A stretch of 64,000 nucleotides of DNA from an uncultured Bacillales bacterium (GCA_946612115.1 CAMOEI010000001.1:40813-104812); one strand, 5' to 3'. Counted from the stretch's first letter, positions 1 through 11,000 are shown. Translations and numbers: made by a program. Notes: generated from the letters alone by a model not told the origin.

Positions 1-635
1 GGGAATCCTGGGCCATATTCAGAAAGCATGAATAAACCTAATTGTCTTCCTAAGACACGATGATCTCTTTTCTTTCTTTCTTCTAAATCGTTTAAGTGAT
101 TCTTTAAATCTTCAGCGCTAAACCAGCTTGTGCCGTATATTCTAACAAGCATCTTGTTTTTGCTATCGCCTCTCCAATAAGCACCCGCTAAGTTTAATAA
201 CTTAAAGTGTTTGATTTGGCCAGTAGATAATAAGTGCGGTCCACGGCATAAATCAGTAAAATTGCCTTGAGTGAAAATAGTGATATCTTCATCGATATCT
301 TTAATTAATTCGACTTTATATGGATTATCTTTAAATCTTTCTAAAGCTTGTTCTTTAGGAAGTTCTTCTCGAATAATTCTTTCATCTTTACTCGCTAATT
401 CGTGCATCTTTTTCTCGATGGCAGGCAAATCAGCGTCGGTAATTGGCTCTTTAAAGTCAATATCGTAATAGAAACCTTCTTCAATAGCAGGGCCAAATCC
501 AAATAAGGCATCTGGATATAATTCTTTAATGGCTTCCGCTAATAAGTGACTAGTTGAATGGTTAAGCACTTCGAATGCTTCTTTTGAGGATTTTTCAATC
601 TCAACGATTGATCCATCATGTTGTTGAATTCTCAT
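1..635 (-). CDS. thrS: threonyl-tRNA synthetase, N-terminal part (gene runs off left edge)
   Basis: Not in ORF track because truncated. My minus-strand translation from ATG at 635-633 (GGAG upstream) reads MRIQQHDGSIVEIEKSSKEAFEVLNHSTSHLLAEAIKELYPDALFGFGPAIEEGFYYD...CRGPHLLSTGQIKHFKLL..AYWRGDSKNKML..ERKKRDHRVLG. This is the ThrS editing-domain HxxxH motif and the entry into the class II core. Confidence 0.85.
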   Translation of the reverse strand, partial: MRIQQHDGSIVEIEKSSKEAFEVLNHSTSHLLAEAIKELYPDALFGFGPAIEEGFYYDIDFKEPITDADLPAIEKKMHELASKDERIIREELPKEQALERFKDNPYKVELIKDIDEDITIFTQGNFTDLCRGPHLLSTGQIKHFKLLNLAGAYWRGDSKNKMLVRIYGTSWFSAEDLKNHLNDLEERKKRDHRVLGRQLGLFMLSEYGPGF

Positions 636-696
636 AATTTTCTCCTTTTGTTCCTCCACAATACAATAGTGGGCTAATTATTTTATAATTAAATGC

Positions 697-1653
697 TTAT
701 TGAAGCATGTTAATTAACTTGAGTAAGTTTTCGTGTTTATTTCTTGGTCTTTCAAGAGCTTCGTCAATATCCATAGCGACGACATCTTCATCGATGATTC
801 CGACGACTTTTCCGCCTTCTTCGCTTATACTATCGACTGCGCATGCTCCCATTCTAGAAGCTAAGATACGGTCAAATGCACATGGTGCGCCGCCTCTTTG
901 AAGGTGACCAAGAATCTCAACGTTGGTCTTAAAGCCAGTATTTTCTTCAATCTTCTTACCAAGTTCATGAACATCGAGAAGATTTTCACTGACGATAACG
1001 ATCGCGTGAGATTTATTTTGAACTTTCATCTTTCTTAATTTCTTAAAGATATGTTCTTCATCATATGGATGGTCAAAACTAATGGTTAATTCGGCAGCTT
1101 CTGCAATTGAAGAGAAGATGGCGAGATCTCCACAGTGACGACCCATAACTTCAATAACACTACATCTTTGATGAGAAGAAGAAGTGTCTTTAATTTTATC
1201 GACACAATCACAGATTGTATTTAAAGCAGTCATAAATCCGATCGTGTAATCGGTTGAACTTACGTCGTTATCAATACTTCCAGGGATACCAACGACTGGG
1301 AAGCCAAGTTTAGATAAGTCTTTTAATCCACGATATGTACCATCTCCTCCGATACCGATAAGTCCATCGATATCTAAATCTCTAAGGATTTGAACACATT
1401 TCTTTTGAACTTCAACATCTTTGAATTCTGGAAGTCTACTACTTCCTAAGATAGTGCCACCGCGAGTGATGATATCTTGAGTGAATTCTTTATTGACTTG
1501 TTTGATCTTTCCTTCGAGGATTCCGCGGTATCCATCATAGATAACAAACATTTCTTTGCCAGCGTATAAGCCAGCTCTGATAACTGCTCTAACAGCAGCG
1601 TTCATTCCAGGGGCGTCTCCCCCACTTGTTAAGACTGCAATTCTTTTAATCAT
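697..1653 (-). CDS. pfkA: ATP-dependent 6-phosphofructokinase
   Basis: 318 aa; MIKRIAVLTSGGDAPGMNAA, IGIGGDGTYRG, GIPGSIDND, MGRHCGDLA motifs typical of PfkA. Confidence 0.95.
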   Translation of the reverse strand: MIKRIAVLTSGGDAPGMNAAVRAVIRAGLYAGKEMFVIYDGYRGILEGKIKQVNKEFTQDIITRGGTILGSSRLPEFKDVEVQKKCVQILRDLDIDGLIGIGGDGTYRGLKDLSKLGFPVVGIPGSIDNDVSSTDYTIGFMTALNTICDCVDKIKDTSSSHQRCSVIEVMGRHCGDLAIFSSIAEAAELTISFDHPYDEEHIFKKLRKMKVQNKSHAIVIVSENLLDVHELGKKIEENTGFKTNVEILGHLQRGGAPCAFDRILASRMGACAVDSISEEGGKVVGIIDEDVVAMDIDEALERPRNKHENLLKLINMLQ

Positions 1654-1718
1654 ATTTTTTTACCTTTGCTATAATAATAGCACTATACAATTTTTTGGTT
1701 AATAGTTTATTTATGAAA

Positions 1719-1830
1719 CTTTCCACAATTTTCAATGTGGATAATTATTTATTATTACTAAATCAATATAAATGATTTATATAAAATATAAATCTTTAAG
1801 TGGTAGAATGTGGATAACTTATCCTACCAC
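1719..1830. promoter_or_regulatory. DnaA-box cluster flanking an A/T tract, upstream of the initiator/helicase-loader operon
   Basis: Two perfect TTATCCACA boxes on the minus strand (TGTGGATAA at 1736-1744 and 1809-1817). Weaker boxes CTTTCCACA at 1719-1727 and TTATCCTAC at 1819-1827. 1741-1800 is almost pure A/T. 1800-1830 is an imperfect palindrome (GTGGTAG 1800-1806 / CTACCAC 1824-1830 around GGATAAcTTATCC). Confidence 0.5.
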
Positions 1831-1905
1831 TCATTACACTACTTTTTGGTATTGAAAACTTGTTTTCCTTTAATCATAATTAGTTGCAAAAGCGGGAGAG
1901 AAGCA

Positions 1906-3171
1906 GTGGTAATTTTATCAAATAGTGACATGTTCGAAGTACGTCTAGCGACCCTTCTTGCAGACTATGATCGCGAAACATTAACAAACCTTTATCAGCC
2001 AATTATTGGATATCAATCTTTGGCGGTTTATTTTACTTTGTGGAGCGAGGCTAATAACCAAAAAGTCAATTCGTTAGGAACTCATGAAGAGTTACTTTTA
2101 AGAATGAAAATCGCTACTGGTGAATTCATCGAAGCTAGAAAAGTATTAGAAGCAGTGGGATTAGTAAAGACTAGATTAGAAAAAGCACACGGCATCGCGA
2201 TATATCATTACGAACTACACGCTCCAAAAACTCCTGCTGGATTTTTCAATGACACTCTTTTATATGGTTTATTTCTCCAGAATCTTGGTGAGACAAATGC
2301 ATCGAAAATCAAAAGAGTGTATGAATTGGATAAAGCTAGCGAATTAGGTGAAGATGTCACAACTTCCTTTAATGATATTTTTCATCCTGATTTTGAAGAT
2401 GCTGCATTTATGCAGGCTAGTAATAAAACAAATAACACTTTAGGAAGAGTCAAAGGTAAGATTGATACTGAATTTAGCTTTGAAAAATTCTTCTCATATT
2501 TATCTGAAATTAGTCAAATTAACGAGAATTCTTTAACTAAAAAAGAATTAAAGGAAATTGAAAGATTAACTTCTTTATATGGATTAAATGAAGAAATTGC
2601 CGCTAGTAGTGTCGCTAAAGTCTATCTACCTGAAGGAAATAAAGGCAAAAGAGTGGATTTAGTTGCCTTAAATGAAGATTTTAAGAACACCCTTTCTTAT
2701 AAGAACTACTCAAGAGCGAGAAGCAATAAGAAAAACTTTGTTTTAGGAGATAATGGTCTTGCGGCTAAAATCAAATTATTTGAGATGAAATCTCCTGCAG
2801 AAGTCCTCTCTTATTTAAGAAATAATACAAAACCTGCAAAAGCAGATTTAAATGTTATTTATTCTTTAAGTACTAACTATAATCTTCCTAACGCTGTTAT
2901 TAATGTAATCGTGGATTATGTTTTAAGTACTAATGATAATATTTTAAGTAGTTATAAAGCAGAACAAATAGCAGCTAGCTTTGCTGGATCTAATATTGTT
3001 ACTGCCGTAGATGCGATGGAATATTTAAAGACTAAGTTCTATAAGAAAAATGGAACAAAGAAAAAAGAATTCATCAAAGATGAAAAAATCGAAGAGAAAG
3101 TTGAAGAAATAAAAGAAAAAGAATCTAATAATAAAGATGATGATGTCTTAAATTTCTTCAAGGATTGGTAA
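1906..3171 (+). CDS. replication initiation and membrane attachment protein (B. subtilis DnaB/DnaD family, not the helicase)
   Basis: LTNLYQPIIGYQSLAVYFTLW near the N-terminus resembles Bacillus DnaB/DnaD-family proteins. It lies 1 nt upstream of dnaI, as in the Bacillus dnaB-dnaI operon. The track start 1810 lies inside the DnaA-box palindrome. GTG 1906 has GGGAGAG 5 nt upstream; ATG 1930 is an alternative start. Confidence 0.7.
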   Translation: MVILSNSDMFEVRLATLLADYDRETLTNLYQPIIGYQSLAVYFTLWSEANNQKVNSLGTHEELLLRMKIATGEFIEARKVLEAVGLVKTRLEKAHGIAIYHYELHAPKTPAGFFNDTLLYGLFLQNLGETNASKIKRVYELDKASELGEDVTTSFNDIFHPDFEDAAFMQASNKTNNTLGRVKGKIDTEFSFEKFFSYLSEISQINENSLTKKELKEIERLTSLYGLNEEIAASSVAKVYLPEGNKGKRVDLVALNEDFKNTLSYKNYSRARSNKKNFVLGDNGLAAKIKLFEMKSPAEVLSYLRNNTKPAKADLNVIYSLSTNYNLPNAVINVIVDYVLSTNDNILSSYKAEQIAASFAGSNIVTAVDAMEYLKTKFYKKNGTKKKEFIKDEKIEEKVEEIKEKESNNKDDDVLNFFKDW

Positions 3172-3172
3172 T

Positions 3173-4078
3173 ATGGAAAGACTCAAAATTAGTAAAAATA
3201 TAATAATAGATGAAGTCACTATCAAAGAAATGGTGAAGACTGTTTTTGAAAACCCAAAATGCCTTAAATATCTTTATAGTTTAGGATTAGACGATAAATT
3301 AATCGAAGATAATATCTCTAAGGTTTATGACTTATCAGTGGATATGACCAACTGTAAAGGGTGTAAAGGATTAAAATACTGTAACAAAGATCCTAAGTAT
3401 TTAGTGAGCGCTGTAACTTTTAAAAATGGTGTTGTTGATCGAGAAATCGTTCCTTGTAAAAAATATCTAGAATTTGTTAATTTTAAATCTAAATTTAAAA
3501 TGCTCGATTTTGAGGAAGCATGGCTTGATAATCAGATTAATCGGGATGTTCAAAATAAAGAAGCTAAAGGACAAAAAGAAGCATTAGCGATTTTTAAAGG
3601 ACAAATCGATTCTCCACATAATGGAAAATGGTTATATTTATTTGGTGAAATCGCTAGTGGAAAAAGCTTTTTAGCAGCCACTATGGCGGTAGTTGGAGCA
3701 AGAAATAATGTCTTCTCTTCTATTTGCTTTGCAAATACACCTGCTAGATTCAAACTTTTAGCGGACTATGCCTTCACTAAAAATCCTCAATTTGATGAAG
3801 ATTTAGAAAAACTTAAAAGCTGCGATTTATTAGTCCTTGATGATTTTGGTAATGAATTTAAATCTGATTTTGTTAGAGATAATATTCTTTATCCACTTAT
3901 TTCTAGTAGAGCAAAAGAAAAGAAGTTTACGATCTTTACTTCTAATTATTCAATAGAAGATATCGCTACTATGTATCAGACTACAAAAGCAAGTCTTCCA
4001 AAAGTGAATCAAATTAAAAGCATGCTCAAGATGGCATGCTCTAAGGAAATTAAGATAAATAACCCTTCAAATCTTTAA
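3173..4078 (+). CDS. dnaI: primosomal helicase loader DnaI (IstB/DnaC-type AAA+)
   Basis: 301 aa; N-terminal Cys-rich module (CKGCKGLKYC), Walker A GEIASGKSF, Walker B DLLVLDDFG; position after the DnaB-like gene. Confidence 0.8.
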   Translation: MERLKISKNIIIDEVTIKEMVKTVFENPKCLKYLYSLGLDDKLIEDNISKVYDLSVDMTNCKGCKGLKYCNKDPKYLVSAVTFKNGVVDREIVPCKKYLEFVNFKSKFKMLDFEEAWLDNQINRDVQNKEAKGQKEALAIFKGQIDSPHNGKWLYLFGEIASGKSFLAATMAVVGARNNVFSSICFANTPARFKLLADYAFTKNPQFDEDLEKLKSCDLLVLDDFGNEFKSDFVRDNILYPLISSRAKEKKFTIFTSNYSIEDIATMYQTTKASLPKVNQIKSMLKMACSKEIKINNPSNL

Positions 4079-5459
4079 CGATTTCCTTAACCTGTTTTCT
4101 TAAGTTAGTTAAGTCGCCATTATTTGAAATAATATAGGTGGCTTTTTTCTTATTTAAATCAATCTTATTTGACTTATTAATTTCTAATAGATGCTCGTAA
4201 TTATCAGGGTTTCTAGATTTTAATCTAGCAATTTGAGTTTTACTATCAATATCACTTACGATAATGACATCAAATAGATCATCAAAATGAGCTTCAAATA
4301 ATAGTGGAACTTCGACAATTTTTAAAGGAGATTTATCCTTCTTTATAAATGATTCGACTTCCTTTCTTACTAGTGGGTGAATGAGCTTTTCAAGTTTTCT
4401 TTTTTCGCCCGGATTAATTAAAAGATGATTTCTTAAAACGTCATGATCAACCTTAGAAGAATGGAATTTAATCTTTAATAATTTTTCAATCTTACTAGCT
4501 ACTTCTTCTTTTTCGTAAAGTTCCTTAACAATCTCGTCGCTAGAAATTACTGAGTAGCCTAAAGATTTAAATTCTTTTAGAATTTCTGATTTTCCTGAAG
4601 CAATTTTGCCAGTTACTCCAATAGATAACGACTTAGCGATTCTTTTTTGACAAACTGGACAGAATGTCGTTCCTCTTCCTCCAACTTTTATAAAGCGATA
4701 TGTTGCTTTGCAAATTGGACAAGTTTCTCCAGATTTGCCGTATATTTTTATTCTAGTTTGGAAATTACCATCGATATCTTTTCCTGGATGATAGCTTTTT
4801 ATTGTGCTTCCTCCCATTTTGATAGCGATATTAAGTATTTCTTTAGAATTATTAATAATTCTATTCCAATCTTCTTTTGTCAATAATGAGGCAGGAGTTA
4901 AAGGATGAATTTTACTCGCATAAAGAACTTCATCAACATAGATATTGCCTAATCCAGTAGTTAATGTTTGATCTAATAAAGCGGTTTTAATTGGTTTATT
5001 AATTCTTTTGGCTTTCCTATATATTTCAGTTACATCATTTATATCAAATGGCTCTGGACCTAATTTAGCGATTTCAGGAAGATTTTTATATTCTTTTTCG
5101 CTTGTTAATTTTAAGATTCCAAAGCATCTCATATCATCAAAGCATAGTTTATGATTATTATCTAAATGAAAGACGACTTTCGCATACTTACTATCAGGTT
5201 CGCTTTCTAAAAATTCGTAATATTTTCCTTCCATTCTCAAATGAGAAATAATGACTTTGTCATTACTTATGTGGAAAATCAAATATTTTCCGATTCTAGA
5301 CAAGCTTAAAAATGTCTCGTTAACAAGGCTAGATTTAAATTCATTAACATCTCCTTCGATCGTTTTATCTCGGTAGACATCAACACTTTTAATCGTGTGA
5401 TTGATAACGATTTGTTTTAAGACATTTTTAACTGTTTCAACTTCTGGTAACTCTGGCAT
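4050..5459 (-). CDS. mutM: fusion protein: formamidopyrimidine-DNA glycosylase (Fpg/MutM) + dephospho-CoA kinase (CoaE)
   Basis: Start moved to ATG 5459 so the protein begins MPELPEVETV (catalytic N-terminal Pro). Zinc finger CPICKATYRFIKVGGRGTTFCPVCQ is followed in the same frame by the CoaE P-loop GVTGKIASGKSE and the rest of a ~190-aa kinase module. Confidence 0.9.
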   Translation of the reverse strand: MPELPEVETVKNVLKQIVINHTIKSVDVYRDKTIEGDVNEFKSSLVNETFLSLSRIGKYLIFHISNDKVIISHLRMEGKYYEFLESEPDSKYAKVVFHLDNNHKLCFDDMRCFGILKLTSEKEYKNLPEIAKLGPEPFDINDVTEIYRKAKRINKPIKTALLDQTLTTGLGNIYVDEVLYASKIHPLTPASLLTKEDWNRIINNSKEILNIAIKMGGSTIKSYHPGKDIDGNFQTRIKIYGKSGETCPICKATYRFIKVGGRGTTFCPVCQKRIAKSLSIGVTGKIASGKSEILKEFKSLGYSVISSDEIVKELYEKEEVASKIEKLLKIKFHSSKVDHDVLRNHLLINPGEKRKLEKLIHPLVRKEVESFIKKDKSPLKIVEVPLLFEAHFDDLFDVIIVSDIDSKTQIARLKSRNPDNYEHLLEINKSNKIDLNKKKATYIISNNGDLTNLRKQVKEIVKDLKGYLS

Positions 5460-5460
5460 A

Positions 5461-8067
5461 TTATTTACAATCGTACCAAGATTTTCCAAATCCTCCACTG
5501 ACTTCTAGTGGAACGGATAAGTTCATGGCGTTCACCATTTTTTCTTGGATAATCTTGTAGGCGATTTCCTTTTCTTCTTTTGGAACTTTAAAGATTAGTT
5601 CATCGTGAATTTGAAGAACCATCTTGGTTTTTAATTTGGCATCTTTAATAGCTTTTTCTACTGAGATCATCGCTAATTTGATTAAATCAGCCGCACTTCC
5701 TTGAATAGGAGCGTTCATCGCTGCTCTTTTAGCAAATTCTCTAACTTGATAATTAGAATCGTGGAATTCTCTTAAATATCTTCTTCTACCTAGCATTGTA
5801 GAAACATAACCATCTTTTTGAGCTTGACTGACGAGATTTCTAAAGTATTCGCTAACCTCTGGGAACGCTTCATAGAAATTATTAATAATTTCTTTTGCTT
5901 CTTTTACTGGGATTTCAATTTGATCTGCAAGACCCCAATCAGAGATACCGTAGATAATTCCGAAATTAACCGCTTTAGCTTTTCTTCTTTGTAAGGAAGT
6001 AGGTTCATCATTTAATTTAAAAATCTTTTTAGCAGTAGCAGCGTGAATATCTTCGCCTGATTCAAAAACACTTTTAAGATTAGCGCAGTTAGACATATGG
6101 GCGAGTAAACGAAGCTCGATTTGAGAATAATCTAAAGATAAGATTTCAACATTAGGATCATCATAATAGAAAGCTTTTCTAATTAGTTTACCTTCTTCAT
6201 CTCTAACAGATATATTTTGTAAGTTTGGATTAGAAGAGCTTAATCGTCCAGTTTGAGTTTGCGCTTGATTAAAATTAGCATGAATCTTTTTATCTTTATA
6301 GATATGTGGTTTTAATCCTTCAACATAAGTTGAAATAAGCTTGAAATATTTACGATACTCTAAGATTTTGTTAACGATTGGATGTAAATCGGTTAATTCT
6401 TTTAAATTATCAAAACTAGTGGAGCCTTTTTTATTAGAAGGTAAACCGAGTTTTGTATATAAAATCTCAGCGAGTTGTTTACTAGAAGCAATATTAAATT
6501 TTTCTCCCGCTAGTTCATAGATTTCTTCTTCTAATTTTTTAAGTTCTTTTTTGAAATTATCTCCAAATTCATCTAAGACTTCTTCATGAATTGGGAAACC
6601 TTCAATCTCCATATTCGCCAAAGTGGAGATAAGTGGGAGTTCTAGATTTTTATATAAATCTAGAGCGCTTATCTTAACTAGTTCTGCATTCACTCTACCT
6701 AATAAGTAGTGGCAGTAAAATGCGATTTTAGAAGTCTTTTCAGGATTCGCGGAACTAAATAATGAGATTTCATCTTCTTTTTTACTAGCGATATCGATTC
6801 CGAATAAAGAGAAAACTGTTTCGACATTATTTTTCATTGAAGAATCAATTAAGTAACTAGCGATTAACAAATCGAGCTCTAATCCTTCGATAGAAATATT
6901 ATATTTGCTTAAGCAAACTTTAATAGCTTTATAGTCATAGCAATATTTTTTATATTCAGGATTTTTAAGGATTTCTAGTAGGACTTCATCCTTTTTAAAG
7001 GATTCAAAATCCATATAGTAGGTCTTTCCTTTACTAGAAAAACTTACTCCTAAAATTTCACTTCTAAAATAATCGTCCTCGTTGTCGTAGTCTAAGGCAA
7101 AACCAAAATCTTTATCTAAATCCATCTCTTTAGATGAAGTGACTTCGATAAAGGAGAAATCTTCGATATTGCCTTCATTTCTTTTCCATTTCGGAGAGAC
7201 TTTATTTAAGAATTGCTTTAATCCATATTTTTGACAGAATTCATTAATCGATTTAAAGGAATATCCTTGATAGACAGTATCTTCAACAGTGAAAGGTAAA
7301 TTGATATCGGTTTTAATAACCGCTAAATCGCGAGAAATTCTTCCGATATCATGATGCTCTTTAATGTTTTCTCCTAACTTTCCTTTGATGTTATCAACAT
7401 TAGCGATGATATTATCAAAAGAGCCATAGGTTTGGATGAGTTGAACTGCGGTTTTTTCACCAACTCCAGGGATACCTGGAAGATTATCAGAACTATCTCC
7501 TCTTAACCCTTTATAATCGATGATTTGTAAAGGTTCAAAGCCGTACGTTTCCTTTACAACACTAGGAGTCATTTCTACGACATCGCTAAGACCTTTTCTG
7601 ATGATATGGACCGTGGTTTTATCATCTACTAACTGCAAGAAATCTCGATCACTAGTGTAGATATGAACTTCATAGCCATTTTTTTCTGCAAGTTTAGCAA
7701 TGCTACCAGCGATATCATCTCCTTCAAATCCTTCTTCTTCAAATTGGAAGATACCAAAAGATCTTAAGAAATCTCGAGCGATAGGGAACTGCTCGACTAA
7801 TTCTTTTGGCGCAGGTTTACGGTTAGCTTTATAAGTTTCTAAAGCGTCATGTCTAAAATTATGTTTTGCAGCATCAAAAGCCACAAAGATTCCTTCACCT
7901 TCTTTAATAGTAGAAACGATTTTATTAATCATGTTGCTAAAAGCAAAAATCGCATTAGTTGGAATTCCCTCTTGACTACGCATGATTTCCATTCCTGGAT
8001 AGGCGGTAGCAAAATACGCTCTAAAGAGTAAGGAATTGCCGTCGATAATTGTAATTTTTTTACTCAT
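5461..8067 (-). CDS. polA: DNA polymerase I
   Basis: 868 aa; 5'-3' exonuclease N-terminus (IIDGNSLLFRAYFA); family A motifs DYSQIELR, RRKAKAVNFGIIYG, QIHDELIF. Confidence 0.95.
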   Translation of the reverse strand: MSKKITIIDGNSLLFRAYFATAYPGMEIMRSQEGIPTNAIFAFSNMINKIVSTIKEGEGIFVAFDAAKHNFRHDALETYKANRKPAPKELVEQFPIARDFLRSFGIFQFEEEGFEGDDIAGSIAKLAEKNGYEVHIYTSDRDFLQLVDDKTTVHIIRKGLSDVVEMTPSVVKETYGFEPLQIIDYKGLRGDSSDNLPGIPGVGEKTAVQLIQTYGSFDNIIANVDNIKGKLGENIKEHHDIGRISRDLAVIKTDINLPFTVEDTVYQGYSFKSINEFCQKYGLKQFLNKVSPKWKRNEGNIEDFSFIEVTSSKEMDLDKDFGFALDYDNEDDYFRSEILGVSFSSKGKTYYMDFESFKKDEVLLEILKNPEYKKYCYDYKAIKVCLSKYNISIEGLELDLLIASYLIDSSMKNNVETVFSLFGIDIASKKEDEISLFSSANPEKTSKIAFYCHYLLGRVNAELVKISALDLYKNLELPLISTLANMEIEGFPIHEEVLDEFGDNFKKELKKLEEEIYELAGEKFNIASSKQLAEILYTKLGLPSNKKGSTSFDNLKELTDLHPIVNKILEYRKYFKLISTYVEGLKPHIYKDKKIHANFNQAQTQTGRLSSSNPNLQNISVRDEEGKLIRKAFYYDDPNVEILSLDYSQIELRLLAHMSNCANLKSVFESGEDIHAATAKKIFKLNDEPTSLQRRKAKAVNFGIIYGISDWGLADQIEIPVKEAKEIINNFYEAFPEVSEYFRNLVSQAQKDGYVSTMLGRRRYLREFHDSNYQVREFAKRAAMNAPIQGSAADLIKLAMISVEKAIKDAKLKTKMVLQIHDELIFKVPKEEKEIAYKIIQEKMVNAMNLSVPLEVSGGFGKSWYDCK

Positions 8068-11000
8068 TAGTTACTTCCTCCATTAAGGTGATGTTATCTG
8101 CGGTATAGCCTTCTCTATCATTACTTGATTCATATCTACCGCTTATAATGACGATTTGATTTTTATTTAAGATTTGGAACGACTCTTGATAAACTCTTGA
8201 GAAGACTGTGACTTCAACTTCACCAGTTTCATCAAAGACTTTGATAAAGGCCATAGTGGAGCCGTTTTTTCTCACTTTGATGGTTTTCACACTAGCGATA
8301 ATTCCAGCAATCTTTGTTTTTCTATTAGATTTAATTGCTTCTTCAATAGAAGAGATACCTTGCTTAGCGAGTTCTTCTCTTTTGTATTTAAGCGGATTAT
8401 CACTAAGCATAATTCCAAGAGCATCATATTCTAAATTTAGATTATCAATTGGATTATCAATATCTGTGAAGAATTGCTTTTGACTATCTAAAGTAATATC
8501 TAAGATTAATTGTCCGTTTTTATCATAAGATAACTCCGCTAATTGGTAGGCGTATCTTATGGTGTTTCTTAATGTTGCTCTAGATGAGTTAAATCGATCT
8601 AACGCTCCAGAATTAATTAGTTTTTCAATGACTTTATCACTAATTTTTAAAGCATACATTCTGCTAACGAATTCAAAATAGTCTTTATATTCTCCGTTAA
8701 TTTCTCTATCCGCTAGAATTTTATCACTGGCGTCTCTATTTAAACCTTTGATATTAGTAAGTGGGAAAATTAATCCATCATCGCAAGCGATGAATGTATC
8801 TTTCGATTTATTGATATCTGGTGGATAGACCTTTAAATTACGAGATTTAATTTCAGAGACATATTCTGAGAATTTAGTGTCGTTTTCTCCAGAAGTAATA
8901 CTTAATATCGAAGTGTAGAATTCAAGAGGATAATAATATTTGAGATACGCCATACGGCACGCTAAAATAGCGTAAACTACCGCATGGGATTTATTAAATC
9001 CATAATTACCAAATTTGAGGATGTCATTAAACATCTTCTCACTATATTCTTTAGAATATCCTTTAGATATAGCTCCTTTAATGAAATCCACTCTATTGGA
9101 TTCGATTTGTTCGACGTGTTTTTTAGAGACAGCGCTTCTAAATAAATCAGCTTTTTCAGGAGTGAATCCGCCCATAACGGTGGCGATTTGCATAACTTGT
9201 TCTTGATAGATTAAAACTCCATAGGTTGAAGAAAGAATCTTTTTTAAATCTCCATTAACATAGCTAACTTTTATTTTTCCTTCTTTTCTATTGGCGTAGT
9301 CTTTGATGTTATCTTGTGGGCCTGGTCTAAATAAGGCGAGAAGAGCAACAACATCTTCAAAAACTTTTGGTTTTAATGTTTTAATCGCGTTTCTCATACC
9401 AGAACTTTCTAATTGGAAAATTCCGATAGTTTGAGTAGTGCATAATAGTTTGAAGATATTTTCATCTTCATAAGGAATCTCATCGACTTTAAGATTAATA
9501 TTGCGATTTTGCTTAAGCAATTTCAAACAGAAATCGACAGTGGTTAAATTTCTTAAAGCGAGGAAGTCGATTTTTAAGAAACCCTGCTCTTCTAGATAAT
9601 CTTTCTCATATTGAGAAACAAGCCTACCATCAAGATCAACAGTGGTTGGAATAACTTCTCTAAGAGGAGCGTTATTTAAAATAACACCTGCCGCGTGTAA
9701 ACCTGATTGACGAGGAAGTCCTTCAATTTTGCTCGCTAAAGAGACAATCTCTAAGAAATATTTATCGCTATCGACTAACGATTTAAATGAAGGGATAGAT
9801 TTATAAGCACTTCTTAAAGAAATCTTTTCAGTAATTGATTTAGATAATAAATCGATGTGTCTAGTAGGAATGTCATAGATTCTTCCAATATCTCTAAGAG
9901 CTTGTTTAGCTTGGATGGTTTGGAATGTAACAATGTTACCAACTCGATCTTCACCATATTTTTTAATGACATAATCGATGACTTCATCTCTTTTAGTGTC
10001 CATAAAGTCGATATCGATATCAGGCATGCTTTTACGAGATTTGTTCAAAAATCTTTCAAAGAGTAAATCGTATTTTAGTGGGTCAACTTCAGTGATGTTT
10101 AAAGCGTGAGACACTAAAGAACCAGCCGCAGAACCTCTACCTGCTCCAACGATGATGTCGTGACTTTTCGCATAGTTAACAAAATCACTGACGATTAAAA
10201 AATAATCGCTATAACCCATTGAGGAGATGACATCTAGTTCATAATTCGCTCTATTTACATGAGCGTCATCAGATAGATTTAATCTTTTTAGTCCTTCAAA
10301 GACTTTGTTTTTAAGTTCTTCATTTGGATTAGGAGAAAATTTAACGATTTCTCCTCTTTTCTTTTCAAAAACAAAAGTGGAGGAATTCACTAATTCTTCA
10401 GTTAAATCGATTTCTTTTTTGGTGTAGAGCTTTTGATAATATTCTATAGTGTTGAAATAATGTGGTCCATTTTGCTCTTTTACATCTAACTTTTCATCTT
10501 TATCAATTGCATTTGCAATAGATAAGATAATTGCATCTTCCTTCTTTTGATATCTGATTTGAGGGAAAGCGATAGTCTCATATAGATGTTCTTTAGCGAA
10601 CTCTCTTACCTTTTGAGCGTAGTTAAATTCCTCCCTGGAATTAACTTCTAATCCGAGATAAAACTTATCGCTATAAGAGGAAATCTCCGCTAAAGGTTTG
10701 GTGAATTCATTAATTCTATCTTCAATAAATAGTTCTTTAAATTTACCATAATTAGTTTCTAATATTGTCGCTAAGCCTTTGCTGTGAATTTTATATTCTC
10801 CAATAGTTAATTTATCTTCACTAGCTAAACTAGATAAATAAAGCAAATTTAAATATCCTTCTTCGTTAAGGACATAGGAGACTAAATTACAATCTAAAAG
10901 ATTTATTTCCATTCCAATAAGTGGATTCTTTTTGGCTTTTTTCATCTCCTTGATAAAAGAAGGAACGCCATATAAAACGTGATGATCACTAATTCCAGCA

